Below, one piece after another: positions 18,033-24,598 of a stretch of DNA of 32,000 nt. The notes under the pieces are model-generated. The model did not search any database. It was not told the DNA's origin and was given only the letters and a program-made list of their open reading frames with translations. Source of the stretch: Acutalibacteraceae bacterium (GTDB lineage: Bacteria > Bacillota > Clostridia > Oscillospirales > Acutalibacteraceae); contig JAZQVR010000008.1 in assembly GCA_045631965.1 (NCBI GenBank), forward strand, positions 95,879 to 127,878, given 5' to 3'. Positions within the stretch are counted from its first letter, which is position 1; every line of letters starts with the position of its first letter. The translations under genes and the position numbers were made by a program.

Positions 18033-18270
18033 GTGCGTCATTATATTGAAAAAAACAAGCGTTTTTGTCGAAATTTACAACGTTTTTGCAGGTAGCCTTG
18101 AACATAAAACTAGATTGCTGTACTTTTAATATGTATAGATATAATTTAGTTGGCAAAATCAACAAAATATCTGCGTAACAACTGTCATTCCGACAATTTT
18201 CAAAAACATTAAAATTTTTATGTTACTTTTTGAGATTTTCAACACTTTATATATAGAGAATAAGTATTAA

Positions 18271-19182
18271 TTACAGTTTATTTCTGTAATTATACTTATT
18301 AAGCACTTGTTTCTTTCTCTTGGTTGTTACCTCAGTGTATATCTCCGTTGTCGCAACACTACTGTGACCAAGGATTTCTTGAACGGAGCGTAAGTCTGCA
18401 CCGTTTGCAAGAAGATTAGTAGCAAATGTATGCCGCAAGTAATGTGGTGTCGACTTCTCATTAATTCCACAGGCTCTTTTTGTTGAATTATAAATATATT
18501 CTATACCGTGTATGCTTAGCTGTTCACCAAAACGGTTTACAAATATCTTATCTGTGTTGGTTGGTCGGTTTTTACGGATTTTCAGCCACCGGGTAAGATT
18601 GTTCCAAGTGTCGTTACAGGATATATAGATAAGTCTCTGTTTTCTCCCCTTGCCGTGAATGAGAATAGTTCGTTCAGAAAAAATCACATCACTAAGTGCG
18701 ATGTTTGAAGCCTCGGCTATTCTTATGCCGGTACTAATGAGTACATCAATCAAAGCAAGGTTGCGATAATTCTTCCACAAGTCAAAAGCGGTTGTCTCAT
18801 TTTCGGCACAGACGGTAAGATAAGTGAGCAGTTTTGAGGTTTCTTTTACCGCTAAAGTCTTTGGGAGCCGTCGCTCTTTCTTATAGCGAAAGTGGTGATT
18901 TTGATAGTAGTTTACATCAGTATAACCTTGCTCATAAAGAAAACCGAAAAACATTTTCAGTGTAATTAACTTTCGGCAAATTGTGTTATCTTTGAGCTTT
19001 CGCTCTTTGGATAACATTTGCACATATTTCAGGATTACCGTTTCATCAAGCTCATCGCTTCGCAGAAACGCCTGAAAATCTTTTAAATCCGAACGGTAAG
19101 CTATTATCGTTTTATCGGATAAATTTTTTGTAGATTGGATGACTTGTATAAATTCATCACTCGCTGTTTTTATACTTTTCAT
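18271..19182 (-). CDS. Tyrosine site-specific recombinase, XerC/XerD-like (303 aa)
   Basis: N-terminal SAM-like core-binding domain. Catalytic signature TGIRIAEA (Arg), HYLRHTFAT (His-x-x-Arg), LGHSSVATTEIYTEV (His, Tyr). GAGGAG lies before the ATG. Confidence 0.9.
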   Translation of the reverse strand: MKSIKTASDEFIQVIQSTKNLSDKTIIAYRSDLKDFQAFLRSDELDETVILKYVQMLSKERKLKDNTICRKLITLKMFFGFLYEQGYTDVNYYQNHHFRYKKERRLPKTLAVKETSKLLTYLTVCAENETTAFDLWKNYRNLALIDVLISTGIRIAEASNIALSDVIFSERTILIHGKGRKQRLIYISCNDTWNNLTRWLKIRKNRPTNTDKIFVNRFGEQLSIHGIEYIYNSTKRACGINEKSTPHYLRHTFATNLLANGADLRSVQEILGHSSVATTEIYTEVTTKRKKQVLNKYNYRNKL

Positions 19183-19255
19183 TTGATCACTCCTCGAAAT
19201 TTTGAAAATGTGTTCGCAAATTCATTTTAACAGAATTTCGAGAAGAGTTATATAA

Positions 19256-19280
19256 ACTTACAATAACTACTTATTATTGT
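19256..19280. repeat. Left copy of a perfect 25-bp inverted repeat
   Basis: acttacaataactacttattattgt. Its exact reverse complement is at 21076-21100. It contains an internal dyad ACAATAA-N7-TTATTGT. Confidence 0.95.
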
Positions 19281-19327
19281 AGAGTGAAAAGGCTTACTAA
19301 TTTAATTGATTAATTGGAGGGTGTAAT

Positions 19328-20353
19328 GTGGACAATATTGTTGAATCTAATTTTTGTATAAAGAGATTTACATCTTCAAAAGACAAGGACTTTGTTAAAG
19401 CTCTTATGTTATACAATGATACTATTCCTGTAGACACTAAAACCAGTTCAAATGAAATAATTTATTTTGCTGATCATTGTTCAATGCAACCCAAAAGAAT
19501 TATGTATTTTTTTGGACTATATTGTGACAAACATCTAGTTGGATTTGTTGAAACTGGATATCTGCTGACAACAAAGACTATAATTATTGATTACATAGTA
19601 CTTAAAGAAGGCTACCGATTAAATAGTATTTTTTATCCTTTATTTAGTCTTATACAACGATATTTTTCTGAAAATATGATTGATTATGACTATATTGCCA
19701 CTGAGGTTAGCACCAAATGTCCAGAACAATCTGTTGATTCAGAAAGTTTCTTTTCCAAGAAAATGTTGCAGATGGAAGATTTTAGAATTGCAGAAGTACT
19801 GTATCGACAGCCTAGACTGGGGTTAGATAATTTTGAAAGTAATTTTGATTTTCAATTAATGATAAAATCAAAACAACCCATACCTATGATAAAAAAAGAA
19901 ACATATCTTTCGATTGTGTATGATATTTATTTTGAACATTATTATCCATGGTATGAGGTTGCAGACAAATCACGAAGTGCTGATTATAGGAAACACTTGG
20001 AAACCGAATTTGAGCAAGTTAAATTAAAAGCAGAACAAGTGTCAGGAGATATAATTTTGTCAAATCAAAGTATCGCATGTGCTTATTACAAATCGTCTGA
20101 TTGTCATTATAATACAAGTACAGCAGGATTTGTTCCAAGTAAAAAAACAAAGGAAGCTCGTAAATGGATATTTGGGATAGGTATACCTTGTGTAACGATA
20201 GGTGCATTCCTCATTTCGATGGCAGCCTACTATTTGTTGAAAAAATCAGATATTCAGCCTGATAAATTTGCGGGTCTGTTTGCTGCAATATCAGCGACAT
20301 TAACAGGTATAATGACATTAGCTTTTTCAGCAATCACAAAATCAAAATCATAA
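19328..20353 (+). CDS. Hypothetical protein with a GNAT-fold-like N-terminal region and two C-terminal TM helices (341 aa)
   Basis: GTG start with GGAGGG 6 nt upstream. The segment RIMYFFGLYCDKHLVGFVETGYL...IIIDYIVLKEGYR resembles GNAT beta4-alpha3 but lacks the Q/RxxGxG/A motif. C-terminal hydrophobic helices WIFGIGIPCVTIGAFLISMAAYYLL and FAGLFAAISATLTGIMTLAFSAI. Confidence 0.55.
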   Translation: MDNIVESNFCIKRFTSSKDKDFVKALMLYNDTIPVDTKTSSNEIIYFADHCSMQPKRIMYFFGLYCDKHLVGFVETGYLLTTKTIIIDYIVLKEGYRLNSIFYPLFSLIQRYFSENMIDYDYIATEVSTKCPEQSVDSESFFSKKMLQMEDFRIAEVLYRQPRLGLDNFESNFDFQLMIKSKQPIPMIKKETYLSIVYDIYFEHYYPWYEVADKSRSADYRKHLETEFEQVKLKAEQVSGDIILSNQSIACAYYKSSDCHYNTSTAGFVPSKKTKEARKWIFGIGIPCVTIGAFLISMAAYYLLKKSDIQPDKFAGLFAAISATLTGIMTLAFSAITKSKS

Positions 20354-21052
20354 CTTTTTACATAATAAGATAGTGTTATGGGCTAATAAATACGATATTG
20401 GTTTAAACAAAATATCATAATGTGCATATTTTCCAGATTTTTCTTCTTGATGTAAAATTCGATTAGCCAACGCACTAATACAGTGAAATCTTTTTTGTCT
20501 TATGACTGATAGTCCACACTCATCTAAAAGTAGAGAAATCATCTTTTCAGAATATAGCCAAAGAGTATGAGTATGTCCCATATAATCATATTGTTGCTTA
20601 GTGGAAATTTTCCCATATTCAGATGTAAAGAACAGTTCTCCAGTATTGCTACGTTCAAATTCAAGAACCAAGTATCCACCTTTTTTCATTACTCGAGAGA
20701 ATTCTTTTATACTTTTAATCGCATCACAATAGTTTAGGACACTCCCTACGCAAATAATTGCGTCAAATACCTCATTTTCAAACGGTAAGTTTTCAATAGA
20801 AGCAACAGTATGTTTTTCAAACTTGCAAATTAGATTTTCGGCTACATCAACATGATGACAAACCCCTTTGATATCATATACGGTACCACCAGAACCAGCA
20901 TTAAGATAAAAACTTTCGGAAGACAATTTAGGAGCCAAATACCTTTTTATAAAGTTAATAATAATTTCATGGGTATAATTATACCATCTGTTATTTTCAG
21001 GCCACACGCTATCCATTGATGAATAGATATCTTTAGGGTTTTCAAAATTCAT
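20348..21052 (-). CDS. Class I SAM-dependent methyltransferase (234 aa)
   Basis: Motif I YLNAGSGGT, then FDAIICVGSVLNY and KKGGYLVLEF. The ATG at 21052 is preferred over the GTG at 21061. Its stop codon directly abuts the stop codon of the convergent 341-aa gene (20348-50 and 20351-53). Confidence 0.75.
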   Translation of the reverse strand: MNFENPKDIYSSMDSVWPENNRWYNYTHEIIINFIKRYLAPKLSSESFYLNAGSGGTVYDIKGVCHHVDVAENLICKFEKHTVASIENLPFENEVFDAIICVGSVLNYCDAIKSIKEFSRVMKKGGYLVLEFERSNTGELFFTSEYGKISTKQQYDYMGHTHTLWLYSEKMISLLLDECGLSVIRQKRFHCISALANRILHQEEKSGKYAHYDILFKPISYLLAHNTILLCKKL

Positions 21053-21075
21053 GTTTATCACTTCCTAATACATTA

Positions 21076-21100
21076 ACAATAATAAGTAGTTATTGTAAGT
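21076..21100. repeat. Right copy of the perfect 25-bp inverted repeat
   Basis: acaataataagtagttattgtaagt is the exact reverse complement of 19256-19280. Confidence 0.95.
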
Positions 21101-21131
21101 AACTTTTCAAAGCAAAGGAACGATATTACAA

Positions 21132-21683
21132 TTGGATATAAAAGAATTAACTGAAGAAGGATTAGGGTTTGAATCAGGCTCAACCAATCAAAAACACAAA
21201 ACCGACTTGACAGGAAAAGTCAGAGAAATAAAAAAAGACACACTTCCTGAAGAAGTAGTGTCAAATTTCCTAAATGGTGAATATAAAACATATATAACGA
21301 CTGATAAGGTAGTCTTGTACCGTACATACGGCAGAGGATACAGCAAAAACAAGGGAGCAACTTGGAATGGCGGTTATGCATCAACCGAATTTGCAGAATC
21401 AAGGATTGATGTAAAAATAAGACTTGCACTAAAACCTGAATGGCTAAATACCAGACTTGTTGAAGAAAAAATACTTGTACCTATTGGAACAAAAATTCAT
21501 GTGGGATTAGTCGCACCGGTTACACTCAATACAGGTAATGTATTGGCAGGTGGCGCAGAACAGGTTTTGTTGCCAAGAAATTGGCCGAAAGAATGGATAA
21601 TTGGTTATAGAGAAGTTACATCAAAACCTCTAATGGATTATCCTGAATTTTTTTCAACACCACCAAAAGATAATCGTGAATAA
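21132..21683 (+). CDS. Hypothetical protein with a faint NAD-utilising toxin (TNT/ART-like) signature (183 aa)
   Basis: TTG start with AAAGGAA upstream. Carries VVLYRTYGRGYS...GGYASTEF...RLALKP...VPIGTKIHVGLVAP...AGGAEQVLLP. The resemblance to the xRyG...GGxxQ pattern of TNT-type domains is from memory only. Confidence 0.4.
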   Translation: MDIKELTEEGLGFESGSTNQKHKTDLTGKVREIKKDTLPEEVVSNFLNGEYKTYITTDKVVLYRTYGRGYSKNKGATWNGGYASTEFAESRIDVKIRLALKPEWLNTRLVEEKILVPIGTKIHVGLVAPVTLNTGNVLAGGAEQVLLPRNWPKEWIIGYREVTSKPLMDYPEFFSTPPKDNRE

Positions 21684-21736
21684 ATTAAATAAAAACTACA
21701 TTCCGAAACAGTCAAAAACAATACTGTAACAGCAGC

Positions 21737-21771
21737 AATCCGCACCATAGCAATCGGCTACGATGCGGATT
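21737..21771. repeat. Hairpin between convergent genes, homologous to the tRNA-Pro terminator
   Basis: AATCCGCA-cc-aTAGC-aatcg-GCTAc-ga-TGCGGATT. The flanks match 8062-8109 (see finding). Confidence 0.6.
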
Positions 21772-21777
21772 CTTCAT

Positions 21778-22647
21778 TTATTTCTTTACAACAGGAACCC
21801 ATATTTCGCTACGGTAATCGGGGCTTCCCATATTACCCTCGGTATAAGCCTCAATATCCATTTCATAAGTAGGCTCATAGCCTGATGTCGGGAAGAATTC
21901 CGAAACAATTTTGTGCCACATATCCTGCATAGCTTTCGGCATTGCACCTTTGCATTCAAACACTGCCCATGTTCTTGCAGGAATCGTGTTTCTTCTGAAG
22001 CCTTCGGGAGTCTCAGTTTTTTCATCACATTTTGCTGCGATTGAATAATCAAACGTCTTTGCGTTTTCGGGAAGATTTCCGTAGCACACACCAAATATGA
22101 AGGTTTTGTCTGTCGTTAATTCTGTTAATCTCTTAACAGTTCCGTCTTTGTGAGAACGTGTCCAGAAATCAGGAATACTCTTGGCATTTTCTGAATTTTC
22201 AACAGTATGTGCTTCAACCTTTTCAATAATATCAAAAGCCTCTTTTTCTACAATTTTGTAGTCCATTATATTGCCTCCGCTTAATGCAATTTTCACAGTA
22301 AGGCGAGAAAAAGATTTGAGTTTTGAACCATCTTTTTTTGCTTCAGATGGTGTTATGCCGTGAAATCTTGTAAAAGCTCTTGTGAAACTTTCAGGACTTT
22401 CATATCCGTATTTAAATGCAATATCAATTACTTTTGAATCAGAAGCACACAGTTCATTGCCGGCAAGTGTTAGCCGTCTGTTTCTGATATAGTCTCCCAA
22501 AGTAATCCCACACAAAATACTGAAAATTCTTTGAAAATAGAATTCCGAACACGCTGCTTCTTTTGCAACAAGCTCCATATCTATTTCATCAGTTAGATGA
22601 TTTTCGATATAATTAATTGCATTCTGTATGCCCGTAATCCAATCCAT
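21778..22647 (-). CDS. AraC-family regulator with a GyrI-like effector-binding domain (289 aa)
   Basis: AGAGGTGA lies before the ATG at 22647 (MDWITGIQNAINYIENHL). AraC HTH GYESPESFTRAFTRFHGITPSE. C-terminal GyrI-like half ending SPDYRSEIWVPV. Confidence 0.85.
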   Translation of the reverse strand: MDWITGIQNAINYIENHLTDEIDMELVAKEAACSEFYFQRIFSILCGITLGDYIRNRRLTLAGNELCASDSKVIDIAFKYGYESPESFTRAFTRFHGITPSEAKKDGSKLKSFSRLTVKIALSGGNIMDYKIVEKEAFDIIEKVEAHTVENSENAKSIPDFWTRSHKDGTVKRLTELTTDKTFIFGVCYGNLPENAKTFDYSIAAKCDEKTETPEGFRRNTIPARTWAVFECKGAMPKAMQDMWHKIVSEFFPTSGYEPTYEMDIEAYTEGNMGSPDYRSEIWVPVVKK

Positions 22648-22784
22648 ATGCTCACCTCTTTGTGTGATTACATTATAAAGCAAAAGTAATGATAGTTCCT
22701 GACTTTTTATGCTCAGTATTGTATGGATATATTTTAACACACTTTATCTGTTGTTTCAATCAATGTGATATTCATTTTTTGTTA

Positions 22785-22813
22785 TTGAAAAGGCATACTA
22801 TTTATGCTATAAT
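22785..22813 (+). promoter_or_regulatory. Near-consensus promoter for the leader and APH-like gene
   Basis: TTGAAA-17 nt-TATAAT. Confidence 0.7.
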
Positions 22814-22861
22814 AAATTCAAATAAATCTGCAAAAGCAGATTCCGAAAGGAGAACAATTGT

Positions 22862-22894
22862 ATGAAAGTTTTTTATGAGGTAATCGTATCTTAA
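22862..22894 (+). CDS. Candidate 10-codon leader peptide MKVFYEVIVS
   Basis: AAGGAG lies 9 nt upstream of the ATG. It sits inside a structured 5' region of about 300 nt that ends in a terminator. Confidence 0.4.
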   Translation: MKVFYEVIVS

Positions 22895-23030
22895 ACTGAA
22901 TATGTGGTGCAAACGATTATCGAGGCATAGGCCTCTATGTTGTTGTGCCGTTTTAAAGTAACCTTTCGTGAATACTATAACTTTCGGTTGTAGCACACTT
23001 TAGGGTGTGTTATTTTTATGCATAAAATCA

Positions 23031-23077
23031 GCCGTAGGAAGTACCCACTAATGAGGGTTGCTTTCTACGGCATTTTT
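23031..23077 (+). terminator. Intrinsic terminator (attenuator) 48 nt upstream of the APH-like start
   Basis: GCCGTAGgAAG...CTTtCTACGGC (11 positions, 1 mismatch; inner ACCC/GGGT stem) followed by attttt. Confidence 0.7.
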
Positions 23078-23124
23078 GCGCTTGTTTTCAGATATTGTTA
23101 ACATAAATATTTGGAGGAATAAAA

Positions 23125-24087
23125 GTGAATAAAAATATAATAGAAAATAATTTTAATTTGATAGTATGTGATATACAACTTCTTGATAAACATTTTGGTA
23201 CTGAGCTTTATTTAATTAACACAGATGTCGGTAAATACATAGTTAAAATTCTGCCTTTGTATATGGAAAATGTAAAAAATGAAGGTGAAGTTACCGAATA
23301 TCTTTATAATAACGGACTTAAAGTTGCAAGATTTATGAAAAGCAACGATGACGCTTATGTGGTAAAAACACCTGAATTTCAGTTTACCGTTCAACAGTTT
23401 ATTGAAGGAGAATCACTACCGGTGAATACTGCACCTGATTGGTTTATCTGCAAATCTGCCGAGTTTCTTGGTCAAACAGTATTGTTGTTGAAAGATTATG
23501 ATGGGTTATCGTTACGATTTGGCAAAGACTTCTTTTCAACTAAAACAGTTCGCAGGAAAATATGGCAGTATAAAAAAGAGCTTGTCAGAGCGAAAAAAGC
23601 AAAAGATGTGAATATTATACCTATTTGGGAAGAACAAATCCGGCATCTCAAAAGAATCTCAAAATTCCGTATTGATACTAAAAAACTGACTTATGCCAAT
23701 TCGCACGGTGATTATCACATAGGTCAAGCTATCATACATAACAATGATTTCACGGTTGTTGATTGGAGTTCAGCTTGTCGATTGCCGATTTGTTTGGATG
23801 TTATAACATCTTATGTATTCTCAAGTTCCACCTGTGCTGCAGGTGAAATAGATGCAAACGGACTGAAAAAGTACATCAGTCAATTTACAGAAAAGTTTCC
23901 GTTAACGGAATATGATATAAAAACAATGCCTTATGTTCTGTATTATTGGCACTGTATGTGTAATTATCGTCCTGATGAACTCTGTGATATTCCTGACAGT
24001 TATAAAGCTATTGCAAAACTCATAAATAACTTTTTGAACTGGCTTTATGATAATGTTGAAGAATTGACGGAAGAACTAATTAAATAA
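23125..24087 (+). CDS. APH-family (aminoglycoside/macrolide phosphotransferase-like) small-molecule kinase (320 aa)
   Basis: GTG start with GGAGG 7 nt upstream. Brenner-type catalytic loop SHGDYHIGQAI and VVDWSSA. N-lobe lysine context YIVKILP. Confidence 0.7.
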   Translation: MNKNIIENNFNLIVCDIQLLDKHFGTELYLINTDVGKYIVKILPLYMENVKNEGEVTEYLYNNGLKVARFMKSNDDAYVVKTPEFQFTVQQFIEGESLPVNTAPDWFICKSAEFLGQTVLLLKDYDGLSLRFGKDFFSTKTVRRKIWQYKKELVRAKKAKDVNIIPIWEEQIRHLKRISKFRIDTKKLTYANSHGDYHIGQAIIHNNDFTVVDWSSACRLPICLDVITSYVFSSSTCAAGEIDANGLKKYISQFTEKFPLTEYDIKTMPYVLYYWHCMCNYRPDELCDIPDSYKAIAKLINNFLNWLYDNVEELTEELIK

Positions 24088-24100
24088 GTAAATTCACTCC

Positions 24101-24135
24101 GAGGTGTCGACTAAAAACCGACACCTCAATTATTT
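24101..24135 (+). terminator. Terminator after the APH-like gene
   Basis: GAGGTGTCG-actaaaaac-CGACACCTC (9-bp perfect stem) followed by aattattt. Confidence 0.7.
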
Positions 24136-24155
24136 AGAAAAGTTTTGAAAAACTA

Positions 24156-24184
24156 TTGACATTGGTAAACATTTGTTCTATAAT
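24156..24184 (+). promoter_or_regulatory. Perfect consensus sigma-70 promoter
   Basis: TTGACA-17 nt-TATAAT. Confidence 0.8.
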
Positions 24185-24190
24185 CATAAG

Positions 24191-24472
24191 CACAATTAAA
24201 TAAACGACTTTAAATCGTGCAAGCAGAGCAGTACCTTTACAGGCTGAAAATCTTCTAAGCGCCGTATGAAGTCGAATGTACATATCTTTCAAAAGAGCAA
24301 CACACAGCAAGAACCTACATATCAGTGTTGCAGAGACGAAAGAACCCACTTTCTTAATCGCGTAAGCGGGGCAGGACTCTGTTTTCAGAGCTGAAAAACC
24401 ACCAAGCACCGTAACGAAAGTCGATTGGATGTGGGATAACTATGTCCATTCGAGTTCGTACGGTGCTTTTTT
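24191..24472 (+). ncRNA. Candidate structured non-coding RNA of about 280 nt (class unknown)
   Basis: It lies between the consensus promoter and a 9-bp-stem terminator (AGCACCGTA...TACGGTGCT + TTTTT). Internal hairpins include GCAACAC/GTGTTGC, CGC-GTAA-GCG (GNRA) and GAAAG/CTTTC. Two half-modules are related to each other. The only plus-strand ORF is 42 codons with no SD. Confidence 0.5.
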
Positions 24473-24598
24473 GTGTTTTAAACGGATTTTTCAAGAGCTT
24501 AATGAAATAATTACCCTGCCGACAAAATTAACCCCTTTACAGAGGCGCAAATCGTCAAAAATCAACCTGAATCACTGCAAATAAAGGAGATTGATATT

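Noticed and set aside
23018-23101. 27-codon ORF (MHKISRRKYPLMRVAFYGIFALVFRYC) spanning the attenuator terminator.
   Set aside because: It has only a distant GGGTG (about 11 nt spacing). It starts inside the perfect palindrome TTTTATGCATAAAA and covers the terminator stem. It is more likely a by-product of RNA structure, though a second regulatory uORF cannot be excluded.
24097-24105. 9-nt match (tcactccga) to the 3' end of tRNA-Pro, considered as a possible att repeat.
   Set aside because: A 9-mer match is expected by chance at roughly this frequency in 32 kb. The match does not extend, and the better flank-repeat candidates are the hairpins at 8062-8109 and 21737-21781.
24134-24409. 91-aa minus-strand ORF, and a 42-codon plus-strand ORF (24266-24394), in the ncRNA region.
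   Set aside because: Neither has an SD. The minus ORF runs through a consensus plus-strand promoter. The region is dominated by hairpins and a terminator, so a non-coding reading is preferred.
24558-24572. 14-mer aaatcaacctgaat shared upstream of both ParB-like genes (24559-24572 and 28228-28241).
   Set aside because: A 14-mer direct match is near chance level for all pairs in a 32-kb AT-rich window. The distances to the two start codons also differ (27 versus 138 nt). It is possibly a relic of homologous elements but is not supportable alone.
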